Below are positions 39,871 to 49,846 of a stretch of 64,000 bases of DNA, in pieces. Source of the DNA: Candidatus Heimdallarchaeota archaeon (GTDB taxonomy: Archaea > Asgardarchaeota > Heimdallarchaeia > Heimdallarchaeales > Heimdallarchaeaceae); assembly GCA_021399345.1 (NCBI GenBank), contig JAAFKI010000154.1:24498-88497 (forward strand). The letters are read 5' to 3'. The notes under the pieces are model-generated. The model was not told the origin of the DNA. It saw only the letters and a program-made list of their open reading frames with translations, and searched no databases. How positions within the stretch are numbered: position 1 is the first letter of the stretch; the number at the start of each line of letters is the position of its first letter. The translations under genes and the position numbers were made by a program.

Positions 39871-40911
39871 TCATTCATCATAAAATACTTGATAGGTGGA
39901 GTCGTTGGTTTTCTTTACAGCTTTGAGCTCTTCAAGCTTGAAATTAATTTCTTGCTTTGTTTTAACAGGAAAGCCATAAAATTCGTTTCTATATTTAAGT
40001 TCACCATGTTTTTGAGCATGTTCAATCATGTACTCTTTATGTTCTTCTAATCGATTATGATTGTATTCATTAGCATAAATTACTATGTCTTTTATTCTTT
40101 CATCGATTATTTTGTTGAAATTAGTAGCAATTTCAACTCCAATACTATTTCTTTCTAAAGCCATAGCAGCTAGCATGGTGGTTCCTGTTCCTAGAAAAGG
40201 ATCTAACACAATATCATGTTTTAAGGAATACATACTTATTAGACGATAAGCTAACTCAAAAGGAAAAGCTGCACTTCTTTCTCGTGTATTGTTCTGTTTT
40301 AACGCTTGGTGGACTCCTTTGAGATCCCAAACATCAGAGAACCATTTATTCCTCTCTTCCCAAAAATATGAGCTATCAATTCGCTTTTTCTTTTCAATGT
40401 CTGTTTTGAATTCCCTTTTACCACCTTTACGAAGAACAAGAATATATTCGTGTTCTAGGGTTACATATCCTCCAGGGGGTAACATACCCGATCCCATAAA
40501 CTTGTTAGGAGCGTTGGTTAGTTTTGCCCAAATAATGAGCGGAAGACATTGAAAACCTATTTTACAACAGTGAGAAATAATTCTAGAATGAGATGCATAC
40601 AGTTTGAAATCATTTCCAATACTTCGAGTTGTATCTCCAACATTAATACATGCAATTCCATTAGTCTTCAGTATTCTGAAAGCTTCATTCCACACCTTAT
40701 CTAGTTCCTGATGCATTAACTCAAAAGCTAGATTTCCATCTTCTTTTTCCAATGCTACACCTATGTCAGGATTAAGCTGAGAAAAAACATGATCCCATAT
40801 TTGAACAAGCGGATACATTGGGCTTGTAAGAATTAAGTCAACAGATTCATCTTCTAGAGCCCTCAAATTTTGCGCATTCTGGAAGTAAATCTTGTGAGTT
40901 GTTTCTGACAT
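39871..40911 (-). CDS. Orphan N4-C/N6-A DNA methyltransferase (beta order)
   Basis: LILTSPMY catalytic motif before VLDPFLGTGTT SAM-binding motif. Confidence 0.88.
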   Translation of the reverse strand: MSETTHKIYFQNAQNLRALEDESVDLILTSPMYPLVQIWDHVFSQLNPDIGVALEKEDGNLAFELMHQELDKVWNEAFRILKTNGIACINVGDTTRSIGNDFKLYASHSRIISHCCKIGFQCLPLIIWAKLTNAPNKFMGSGMLPPGGYVTLEHEYILVLRKGGKREFKTDIEKKKRIDSSYFWEERNKWFSDVWDLKGVHQALKQNNTRERSAAFPFELAYRLISMYSLKHDIVLDPFLGTGTTMLAAMALERNSIGVEIATNFNKIIDERIKDIVIYANEYNHNRLEEHKEYMIEHAQKHGELKYRNEFYGFPVKTKQEINFKLEELKAVKKTNDSTYQVFYDE

Positions 40912-41095
40912 GCTTTCCCCTTTGTTTATGGTGTAAATATAATATATTAATCAATTGGACACTAAATACTAAAAATATTAGCTAGATTAAAGTTTTGTGT
41001 AAAAAACAATTTTTAGTTGTGAAAAGGATAGCGAAAGATTTTTGTAAAAATTATTTTTAGTAACACAGTCATTATCAAAATAATCATTTAATTAT

Positions 41096-43813
41096 GTGAA
41101 AATCATGGCAAATGGAGAAATTATTAAGATAACAATTGATGGTAAAGAAATTGAATGTCACACGAATGAAACATATCATTCTATTGCTGAAAGGAACGGC
41201 ATTGAAATTCCAACAATATGCCATCATCCTGCTTTAGAACCCGCAGCTAAATGTAGAGTTTGTGTTGTGGAAGAAACTATCGGTGATGCTTCAAAAACAG
41301 TAGCTTCCTGCAAGGAACTTGCTAAACCAAATGCAATAATTAAAACAGATACTGAAAGAATTTTAAGAACAAGAAAAGCGCTAATCACTAAATTTGCAAA
41401 ATTACACACTGGAGAATGTATAGCTTGTGCAACTGGTCAATATTGTAAAATTAAAGCTCTTGAAGAAAAATATCTAGATGAACCTGTAGAAATAGAGGAA
41501 AAGAAAGTAGATTTGCATGAATCGAACGAATTCTTTTCACTTAATTACGAAAACTGCATAAAATGTGGTAATTGTGTTAGAGTTACTAGTGAACTACAAG
41601 TTTGTAACGTATTATCTATCGAGAGAGGAAAATTTGATGGTTACCCCTCTACACCAGATGGTGGAAGTTTTGAGAGTGCAGGGTGTGTAGCTTGTGGTAA
41701 TTGTGTTGTAGTTTGTCCAGCTGGAGCTCTTGTTAATCATCATGTACGGGATGTAGAACATTGTGAAGATTTAACCAGAACCACAACAGTTTGCTCTTAT
41801 TGTGGTGTAGGGTGTAATTTCGACGTTCTAGCAAATCCAAATACTAACACTATCTCTTATGTTGATTCAAATCATGACAATGTTGTTAATGGTGTGGCTT
41901 TGTGTGTAAAGGGCAGATATGGTTGGGACTTTGTCAATCATCCAGAAAGACTGAACGCACCATTAATCAAGAAAGATGGAGAATTTGTAGAAACTTCTTG
42001 GGATGAAGCTTTGGATTTAGTTGAAAAGAAACTAAAGAGTATTCGAGATGAAAGTGGTCCTGGAGCTCTTGCTTTCCTAGCCTCTGCTAAATGCACTAAC
42101 GAAGAAAATTACCTTATGCAGAAGTTCGCTAGAGCAGCTGTTGGAACTAATAATGTGGATCATTGTGCAAGGTTATGTCATGCTTCAACTGTAACAGGAC
42201 TCGCCAAAGCTTTTGGTTCAGGTGCTATGACTAATAGTATTGGTGATTTAACTAACGATGCTGAAGTAATATTTATAATAGGTAGCAATACAACAGAAGC
42301 TCATCCAATTATAGGTATAAAAATTAAACAGGCAGTCAAAAGAGAAGTCACAAAGCTAATTGTTGCAGATCCAAGAAGAATAGAACTTGCTGATTATTCA
42401 GAAATTTATCTGCAACAGAAACCCGGGTCGGATGTTGCTTTAATCAATGCTTTCATGAAAGTTATTCTCGATGAGAATTTACATGATGAAGAATTTATCA
42501 AAAGCAAAACAGAAGGTTTTGAAGAATTTAAAGAAGGCTTAAAGGACACATCGCTGGAATTACTCTGTAAAATCGCAAATGTTAATGTTGAAGAGGTTAA
42601 AGAAGCTGCTAGGCTATATGCAAATGCTAAAACAGCTGCTATAGTTTACTCAATGGGTATAACTCAACATACCACCGGAACAGATAATGTCTTATCTCTA
42701 GCTAATCTTGCCATGATAACTGGAAACATTGGACGTCCTGGTACTGGAGTCAATCCCCTAAGAGGCCAAAACAATGTTCAAGGTTCTTGTGATCTTGGAG
42801 GATTACCTAATGTTTATCCTGGTTATCAACGAGTAACTGATCCAGAAAACAAAGCTAAATTTGAGAAAGCTTGGGGAGTTTCCAATCTTGATGACAAAGT
42901 TGGTTTAACAGTTGTGGAGGTAATGCATGCAGCTCATAGTGGAGACATTCGTGGAATTTACATCATGGGAGAAAATCCTGCATTAAGCGATCCAAATCTA
43001 AATCATGTAAAGGAAGCACTTGAAAACCTTGAATTCCTTGTAGTTCAAGATCTATTCCTCACTGAAACAGCAAAATACGCAGATGTTGTTCTTCCAGGAG
43101 TATCGTTTGCTGAAAAAGATGGTACTTTCACAAATACAGAGAGGAGAGTTCAACGAGTTAGGAAAGCAATTAATCCAATAAGCAACAGAAGAGATGATTG
43201 GGACATACTCCAAGAAATGTTAAATCGTTTTGGAATTGAAGCAAATTATAATAGTCCTAGTGACATCATGGATGAAGTAGCAACTCTATCCCCAATATAT
43301 GGAGGGATAAGTTATGAAAGAATTAAGGAAATTGGTTTACAATGGCCTTGTAAAGACAAGGATCACGAAGGAACTAAAATACTCCATCAAGGAGAGTTTA
43401 CTAGAGGAAAAGGTAAATTCCATGCTATTTCTTACATAGATCCTGCAGAATTACCCGATGAGGAATATCCATACATGCTGACAACTGGTCGTATTTTATA
43501 TCACTTCCATACAGGTGAAATGTCTCGCAGATCTAAAGGATTACACGAACGAAGACCTATAGAAAGAAGTGAGATTAACGTAAAAGATGCTGAAAAACTC
43601 AGTATTAAGAGTGGTGATAAGATTACTATTGAATCAAGAAGAGGTCGTTTAACAACTGTTGCTAGAGTTACGGATAGAATCCAAGAAGGTTTAGTCTTCA
43701 TGTCTTTCCATTACAAAGAATCTGCGGCAAACCTTCTAACTAATGATGCCTTAGATCCTCTAGCAAAAATTCCTGAATTCAAAGTTTGCGCTATTAAAAT
43801 ATCTAAAGAATAG
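41096..43813 (+). CDS. fdhF: Formate dehydrogenase alpha subunit (Cys form) with N-terminal Fe-S domains
   Basis: CSYCGVGC, LCVKG, DHCARLCH, PLRGQNNVQG, AKIPEFK. Confidence 0.93.
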   Translation: MKIMANGEIIKITIDGKEIECHTNETYHSIAERNGIEIPTICHHPALEPAAKCRVCVVEETIGDASKTVASCKELAKPNAIIKTDTERILRTRKALITKFAKLHTGECIACATGQYCKIKALEEKYLDEPVEIEEKKVDLHESNEFFSLNYENCIKCGNCVRVTSELQVCNVLSIERGKFDGYPSTPDGGSFESAGCVACGNCVVVCPAGALVNHHVRDVEHCEDLTRTTTVCSYCGVGCNFDVLANPNTNTISYVDSNHDNVVNGVALCVKGRYGWDFVNHPERLNAPLIKKDGEFVETSWDEALDLVEKKLKSIRDESGPGALAFLASAKCTNEENYLMQKFARAAVGTNNVDHCARLCHASTVTGLAKAFGSGAMTNSIGDLTNDAEVIFIIGSNTTEAHPIIGIKIKQAVKREVTKLIVADPRRIELADYSEIYLQQKPGSDVALINAFMKVILDENLHDEEFIKSKTEGFEEFKEGLKDTSLELLCKIANVNVEEVKEAARLYANAKTAAIVYSMGITQHTTGTDNVLSLANLAMITGNIGRPGTGVNPLRGQNNVQGSCDLGGLPNVYPGYQRVTDPENKAKFEKAWGVSNLDDKVGLTVVEVMHAAHSGDIRGIYIMGENPALSDPNLNHVKEALENLEFLVVQDLFLTETAKYADVVLPGVSFAEKDGTFTNTERRVQRVRKAINPISNRRDDWDILQEMLNRFGIEANYNSPSDIMDEVATLSPIYGGISYERIKEIGLQWPCKDKDHEGTKILHQGEFTRGKGKFHAISYIDPAELPDEEYPYMLTTGRILYHFHTGEMSRRSKGLHERRPIERSEINVKDAEKLSIKSGDKITIESRRGRLTTVARVTDRIQEGLVFMSFHYKESAANLLTNDALDPLAKIPEFKVCAIKISKE

Positions 43814-43824
43814 ACCTAGGAGAT

Positions 43825-44847
43825 TTATTTTATTCTTCTTGGTTCAATCTTCATTTTTTTTCTTAAATGCTTAATTTTAGCATTGATACCTGGTTTTCTC
43901 TCTCCAGGAAAATATCTGACAAGATCATCCAAAGAGTGAAGAGCAAGAAAAGGCATTTCATTTTTAATCCAAAATTCATATTCTTTCTTCAGCGATTTAA
44001 TGCCAAATGCTTTGTATTTTCCAATGGAAATTTTCTTTTGTTTCCAGAAATAAAAGGATGAAAGAAAAGCTGAGTAGTAATTCTCAATTTCAACAAGAGT
44101 CTCAACAATTTCATCTTCTTCATTGTATCTAATATCATCAAATGTAAAATTTGGCTGTTCTCTCTCAATTAGTACTGAATCAGGGATATTAACTGCAGTG
44201 GAATTAGAATGTTCTATTCTTTCATTTTCAATATCTGATTGAATATTTATGTGAGCGAAAATTTTAGAAGATAAACTATTTCTCCCAAGTATTTCACTTA
44301 TACTATAAACTTGAATTTCATTAGAAAATCTAATGGGTACATCTGCTCTTGACAATGGTAGTTGAGAAAAGTTCTCTGGAAAAGATGCTTGTGCCCCGTA
44401 TAGGGAAATTAAAGGTTCAATCATACCATTATCATATCTAAGCAAACTTACTCCTCTTTTCATAACTTTTAAACCTTTTAAAATTCTTAAATCGAGATAG
44501 GGGCGATCTGTAGGGATGAATTGAACTGAAGAGTTTGTTCTTTTTTCAAGAGTAGAGTAAATTCCTTTTAGAACGCCATCTAAAGAGATTTTTCTTAAAT
44601 CGACAGTGAAATCTATATTGACATTTGGTAAATAACTCTTTACAATCTCCTCATAATTGCGCTTCCTAGAATTTGAATTTACAGAGATATTGATACCATC
44701 ATATATTTCGTTTCCTTTATCTAAAAGATGTATCAAAAGAGGTTCATTGTTAATATACAACAAAGCTTTGTCTAACCACTTACCATCCTTTTTCTGAAAT
44801 CTTCTAGAATAGCCTCCTGCAAGAATAGTTAGTGTTCGACTAGACAT
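43825..44847 (-). CDS. MobA-like molybdenum cofactor nucleotidyltransferase with C-terminal extension
   Basis: ILAGGYSRRF, DKAL, D.P, IEPL..Y; adjacent to fdhF. Confidence 0.72.
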   Translation of the reverse strand: MSSRTLTILAGGYSRRFQKKDGKWLDKALLYINNEPLLIHLLDKGNEIYDGINISVNSNSRKRNYEEIVKSYLPNVNIDFTVDLRKISLDGVLKGIYSTLEKRTNSSVQFIPTDRPYLDLRILKGLKVMKRGVSLLRYDNGMIEPLISLYGAQASFPENFSQLPLSRADVPIRFSNEIQVYSISEILGRNSLSSKIFAHINIQSDIENERIEHSNSTAVNIPDSVLIEREQPNFTFDDIRYNEEDEIVETLVEIENYYSAFLSSFYFWKQKKISIGKYKAFGIKSLKKEYEFWIKNEMPFLALHSLDDLVRYFPGERKPGINAKIKHLRKKMKIEPRRIK

Positions 44848-44917
44848 TAAGAAAAATGTCTACTTTCTCTATAAATTACTTTTGAAATGAAAAAATAAAA
44901 TAAAAAAGAGAATAGAA

Positions 44918-46225
44918 TTAGTTAGAATCTTCTGATTCATCTTCTATTTTTGTTTCTACGGCGTCTTCAACGGCTTCAGCGATTTCATCTATTCTTTCAT
45001 CTATTCTTTCTTCGACAGCTTCTTCGACAGCTTCTTCAGTAATTTCATCTACAACCTTCTCAACTACATCTTCAGCTATATGTTCAGCTTTTTCTTCGCT
45101 TATACCTTCAGCTTTTTCAAGAACATCTTCAACGACATCTTCAACGACATCCTCGACGATTTCTTCAATAACTTCAGTGACTTCCTCGACAATTTCTTCG
45201 ACGATTTCTTCGACGATTTCTTCGACAGCTTCAGCAATTGTTTCTTCCTTATCGAGTACTTCTTCAACAGCATCTTCAATTTCTTCTGCTACTTCTTCTA
45301 GTACTTCTTCGGAAACTTCTTCAACTACTTTGTCTACGGTTTCATCGGTTTTTTCTTCAATAGCTTCTTTCACCAATCCAGCTACTTTTTCATCTGATAT
45401 TTCTGCTGCAACGCCCTCAGCCACAGCTTCAGTAACTTGTTCGACAACGTCCTCGACGACGTCTTCAACGACATCTTTTACTGTTTCTTCAACTGTTTTT
45501 ATTATTTCAGCTTCAGGTTCTTCAACAACCTCTGCAGATGGTTCTGGTTCAACAACCGGTTCAACAACTGGTTCAACAAAAGTTTTAGCTGGTGGTTCAA
45601 CAACAGGTTCAGGTTCTGAAAAAACTACAGTTTGTGGTTCTGGTTCAGGTTCTGGTTCAGCTATTGGTTCAATTGCTGGCTCATGTGTTGGTTCAACGAT
45701 AGGTTTTGGTTCATAAACATCCTCGGGATGTGGTAGTTTTTGATCTTGAATCTTTGGAGTTTCATCGAAAACATCTTTAGCAGGTGGTGCGTCTTGTGCA
45801 AACACTTTCTTAGGGAAAGAATCTTGTCTAGAGTCTCCTTGAAAGCCTCCAAGATCTGTATCTATGTACTTCTCTTGTACTGTCTTATGTAAATCACCAA
45901 TATTATCTTCGGTAATTTGTTCCAAACGACATTTTATACCTGTCCTCTCTCCTGATGTAATCAAGAACCCTGATCTACTAATTGTATCAGCCATTCTTCG
46001 ACCTGTTCTTTGAGCAACAAGTCCTAGATGACTACCAAAAATCAAATGCCATTCGTTCTTTTCACGTTGGAAAATTAGAAGACCATCTAAACCTAATGAA
46101 GACAACTGCCTAGATATGTCAGTTAAGTCCCCTTCTATAATGGATTGATATTTAGTTGAATCTGTTAACTCTTGAAAATCGCCTTTGCCATGATCGTATC
46201 CTAGAAAAATATTACTTGGACTCAT
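44918..46225 (-). CDS. Putative gelsolin-like N-terminal domain plus EP-rich linker and long acidic V/E/D repeats
   Basis: LLIF...WHLIFG...LVAQRTGRRMADTI pattern; C-terminal VEDV/VEEI tetrapeptide repeats. Confidence 0.55.
   Translation of the reverse strand: MSPSNIFLGYDHGKGDFQELTDSTKYQSIIEGDLTDISRQLSSLGLDGLLIFQREKNEWHLIFGSHLGLVAQRTGRRMADTISRSGFLITSGERTGIKCRLEQITEDNIGDLHKTVQEKYIDTDLGGFQGDSRQDSFPKKVFAQDAPPAKDVFDETPKIQDQKLPHPEDVYEPKPIVEPTHEPAIEPIAEPEPEPEPQTVVFSEPEPVVEPPAKTFVEPVVEPVVEPEPSAEVVEEPEAEIIKTVEETVKDVVEDVVEDVVEQVTEAVAEGVAAEISDEKVAGLVKEAIEEKTDETVDKVVEEVSEEVLEEVAEEIEDAVEEVLDKEETIAEAVEEIVEEIVEEIVEEVTEVIEEIVEDVVEDVVEDVLEKAEGISEEKAEHIAEDVVEKVVDEITEEAVEEAVEERIDERIDEIAEAVEDAVETKIEDESEDSN
44940..45710. 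repeat. Coding low-complexity 12-bp and 6-bp repeats
   Basis: TTCTTCGACGAT / TCTTCAACGACA units and GGTTCA/GGTTCT units within the acidic ORF. Confidence 0.8.
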
Positions 46226-46355
46226 AGTTTTACCCTACTTACAATTCTAATCTTATAGACGGATTTTTAATAAAAAGTTATTCTCTTTAGGCAATGGTAC
46301 AAAATAGCTTTTTGTCGGAAGAAAATAATAAAAAAAAGGATAGGAAAGAGGCTAT

Positions 46356-48611
46356 CTAAGATAGACTCATAGTTTGGAGTTCTGTATTTACATTTTCAAG
46401 AATTGCAAAGATGTTATTTACACTTGTTACAAATTGAGCTGCTTGAGTGCTTGGATCTGGTAAAGCTAGTATTGCAAAAATGGTGTCCAGTTCTGTGTTT
46501 ACATCTATCAGCGAGTCCCTAATTACAATAAGGGTGTTTCTTGGAGATTCCAGCTGAGTCATACCAGCATCAACTGACTGATTCATGTAGAATATCGATT
46601 GAGTCATATTTGATATTGCATAGTTCAACGACTCGTTTGCAGCTAGGAAGTTATTTTCAGCAGCAACAAAGTTTAAGTTTGTAAAGTTTGTTTCTCCTTC
46701 AGTTATATTTCCATATGTATAGCTCAATTCTTGTAGTGAGTATACCATATAATACATGGCATTTGCGATGTATTTTGTGCTTGCAATAGAGCTAATCATA
46801 TCAAACTGTATCATTGTTTCTGCAAATCCACCTGCAAAATCACTAAGGAAACCATATCCTTGAATCTGAGCTTTATCATATACTACTGTAGCAGAATCAT
46901 TGACTGCAATAGCATCAGCTTCAATGCTAGTTAGGGTTACATTAATAGCCGAAGTATCATCAAGAATTGTCTGATAGTTTGCAACATTCTGATAATCAGT
47001 TGTTTCAAAGATATCTATGATTCCTTCCATATCTGTAAATCCAGTAGCCAGGTTCAAACCTAAACTAGCAAAAGGTATTCCAACTTGAGTGAAGTCGTAT
47101 GCAAAACTTAGAAAGTCTTTTCCAATAGTGATGTTTCCACCAACTCTATTTATGATATCTTGGACTTCAGGAGTACTTAGTTCTGTATCTACAATTGAAA
47201 AGTTACCATATGCATAGTCAAAATTCTCATATGTACCATTAAATGCAGTTATTTCTCCGATTGATGTTCCAGCAAACAGAACGTTTACCCATCCTAGGAA
47301 AAAGTGCACAAGTGTAGCATCACTACTTCCTGCGGGTTTACTTAAGAGAATTGAAATTCCAGCAATAATATCTTTAATATCTTGTAGATATGTTGAAGCA
47401 AGTTCCGCATAAGTAGCAATTGCCACATAAGCTTCGTCTGGCATCCAAGGTATTTTTGAAATATTTCCTGCTAAATCTTCAATTGAAACATTGTCTAAGC
47501 TTTCAAGTGCGTCATCAAGAGAATCTGTGCTGTTACCAATAACATCAACACCAGCTCTAATACCATCTATTGCTTCATCAAACGCTGTTTCATTTATTTC
47601 ATTAATTGAAACAGATTCACTGCCATCTGGAGCTTGTTTTATGGAAAATGATCCATTAAACACATCACCAAACCCATCAATACTTTCCATTACCATAAAT
47701 AATCCTTCTGCAAACGGACCTATTCCTTGCGTTAGTTGTGCAAGAGCTAAAGAAACCCAATAAACATTCGTAAGTATTGATCCCAGAAATGGTATTATAC
47801 CTGCAATTCTTATTAAACCTGCACTTTGTAAGCTTTTCAACGTTTCAGCTGTTTGATTAAAGTACATTGATGCATTATACAAATTATCAAGAGCCTGTTG
47901 TATTTCAGTAGAAGTTGCATTTTGATCGAAAAGTGTTCCGAATCCATCAGCTAGGAGTATTCCTCCTGGAACCGCATCGATTCCTACAGTAACCACACCT
48001 GCTAACATGAGATGTACGAGTGGTGTTAAAATTAATCCAAGAATGATAAACAACGCAGCAAATATTGACTCAAAAATTGATGCAATTTTCAAAGCTGTCG
48101 TGAATATCTGTACTACCCACGTTAAACCTAGTGTTCCAAAAAAGAACAAAGGTAGTGCCAAAGCCAAATCTCCAACGAAGGCAAATTGACTATATTTTTC
48201 AACATTTTCTAAATTAAATTCTCCTGTAAACATTTCAGGCATTGTTTCATTTAACACTGCGAAAGTTTCCAGAATTGGTTCAGTTCTTTCAGAAATAGGA
48301 GCAAATGGATTGTACACTGGGGCTGCTACAACATAATTAAAGAGATATCCTGTCCCAAATACTACTATTAGTAAAACTGGAACGGATAGCATAACTCTTC
48401 CTTTATCTCTTACTAAAATAGCAAAAACTGCAAGTGACACTATACCTAAAACATAAGCAAGGATAGTTGCAGTTAAGCTTTCTCTAGGTTGAATCACAGC
48501 CTCAAGAAGGAACATTAGTCCTATGAAGAATGCTGTGAATATTAGTAGCCCAATCCCCCAATAGCTCCATTTTTTCTTTTCTGTTGGTTCTACATATTCT
48601 TCTTTACTCAT
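46356..48611 (-). CDS. Hypothetical membrane protein with large helical extracellular domain
   Basis: Several N-terminal TM helices, then a long amphipathic-helical region rich in N-x-S/T sequons. Confidence 0.75.
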   Translation of the reverse strand: MSKEEYVEPTEKKKWSYWGIGLLIFTAFFIGLMFLLEAVIQPRESLTATILAYVLGIVSLAVFAILVRDKGRVMLSVPVLLIVVFGTGYLFNYVVAAPVYNPFAPISERTEPILETFAVLNETMPEMFTGEFNLENVEKYSQFAFVGDLALALPLFFFGTLGLTWVVQIFTTALKIASIFESIFAALFIILGLILTPLVHLMLAGVVTVGIDAVPGGILLADGFGTLFDQNATSTEIQQALDNLYNASMYFNQTAETLKSLQSAGLIRIAGIIPFLGSILTNVYWVSLALAQLTQGIGPFAEGLFMVMESIDGFGDVFNGSFSIKQAPDGSESVSINEINETAFDEAIDGIRAGVDVIGNSTDSLDDALESLDNVSIEDLAGNISKIPWMPDEAYVAIATYAELASTYLQDIKDIIAGISILLSKPAGSSDATLVHFFLGWVNVLFAGTSIGEITAFNGTYENFDYAYGNFSIVDTELSTPEVQDIINRVGGNITIGKDFLSFAYDFTQVGIPFASLGLNLATGFTDMEGIIDIFETTDYQNVANYQTILDDTSAINVTLTSIEADAIAVNDSATVVYDKAQIQGYGFLSDFAGGFAETMIQFDMISSIASTKYIANAMYYMVYSLQELSYTYGNITEGETNFTNLNFVAAENNFLAANESLNYAISNMTQSIFYMNQSVDAGMTQLESPRNTLIVIRDSLIDVNTELDTIFAILALPDPSTQAAQFVTSVNNIFAILENVNTELQTMSLS

Positions 48612-48745
48612 AAAATCAACCTTTATGTTACTAACAATTGTATATCCATATGGGTTATTTATAGGTTCTTTTTCACCTAGTTTGAAAAAAGAAAGAAATT
48701 AGGTGATTTTTAGTGATAAAAAAGTGAAATGAAAGTTGAAATATT

Positions 48746-49207
48746 CTAAAGAAGAACATCTTTCACAGAAGCTGCTAAACCAGAACCAAAGTCAGAATTC
48801 ATGTGTGATAAGGTTAAGAAAAATCGTGTCGATTGATACATTGTACTTTCAATTGAGCGAATATTTGACCCTATGAGGGGTAAGGAACTAGTTGGAAAGA
48901 CCAAAAAGACAATAATTGGTGAAAAGTCTCCTTCGTCACTATTATCATCGATAAGTACTAAATCGAAACCATAAACAAAGTACTCTTCTGATAATTGAAG
49001 CAGACCTCTGAAACGTCTGGAATTGTTGTAATTATAAGGAAGACCATTCATCAATGATGAAGTTCCTTTAATCGCTAATCTCAATAACAAATCTTCTGAT
49101 AATGAAGAATGGTTATGCAGAACAACAGGACCCAGCTGTAAATCGAATTTTACAGTAACTACCCCCAGATCTGGTAAGTTTTCTTGCACTAGAGAGCATG
49201 AAGACAT
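48746..49207 (-). CDS. Longin/uDENN-like domain protein
   Basis: GVVTVKFDLQLGPVVL (FD...GP) N-terminal hairpin then helix, three strands and two helices. Confidence 0.55.
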   Translation of the reverse strand: MSSCSLVQENLPDLGVVTVKFDLQLGPVVLHNHSSLSEDLLLRLAIKGTSSLMNGLPYNYNNSRRFRGLLQLSEEYFVYGFDLVLIDDNSDEGDFSPIIVFLVFPTSSLPLIGSNIRSIESTMYQSTRFFLTLSHMNSDFGSGLAASVKDVLL

Positions 49208-49399
49208 GATGACCAGTATAACATAAGTGAATGGTATATTTAAGAAAAGCAGACAGACTTAGTTGAAAGTGAACAAAATGAGGAAAGAGGTTAAGGATGG
49301 TTGTTTTAAGGCGACATAAAATTGCAAGTGAGTTTATGATTTCTTTGTGTCATATAGTCATGTTAAGTGTAATTTTTTAGAGTTCATCATATCAACTGT

Positions 49400-49611
49400 A
49401 AGATGACTAACTTACGGATTCTACTCGTTCTAAGGGATAAATCACGTATCCTCCTACCCCGCCCACACTCATAGAGTGCTTACGGATTGCTTGCTGGTTC
49501 ACCATCCATAAATGGAGTCTTGGTCATGGGTTCCTGCACTCTTGTATCTTGACCACAATCGTTAGTGGGAGGTGGTCCGCAAAGTCTACACGAGCGGCAA
49601 ACCCCTTTCCC
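49400..49611 (-). ncRNA. Unassigned structured RNA (~210 nt)
   Basis: GC-rich island without a long ORF, multiple helices, TTTATATA box 21 nt upstream of a GGG start. Confidence 0.6.
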
Positions 49612-49687
49612 ATATTTTATGTCTGTTTACTCTATATAAACATAACAAAAATTCAAGAGGACTAGATGACAGAATCCCATCATAAAT

Positions 49688-49772
49688 TGGTGCGGGGAGG
49701 GAGATTTGAACTCCCGAACTACTAAAGACTGGATCCTAAGTCCAGCGCCTTTGACCACTCGGCAATCCCCGC
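49688..49772 (-). tRNA. tRNA-Leu(TAG)
   Basis: CTGGA-CT-TAG-GA-TCCAG, long variable arm, CCA end. Confidence 0.96.
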
Positions 49773-49846
49773 CTAAAGTTACGAAAAGGTCTGGTCAATA
49801 AAGTCAATAGCTTTTATTTTTTAAATTTATTCTTGAACGTCTATGT

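Noticed and set aside
41096-43830. Selenocysteine or SECIS in formate dehydrogenase
   Set aside because: Active-site residue is Cys (HCARLCH); no in-frame UGA and no room for a 3' SECIS
45080-45716. Ser/Thr-rich and Phe-rich plus-strand ORFs resembling a mucin
   Set aside because: Antisense shadows of the acidic-repeat gene
49400-49611. Assignment of the structured RNA to SRP, RNase P or a group I intron
   Set aside because: Only partial look-alikes (UGUAG; UGCAGGAA/AACCAGCA); diagnostic motifs are missing or out of order, so it is left unassigned
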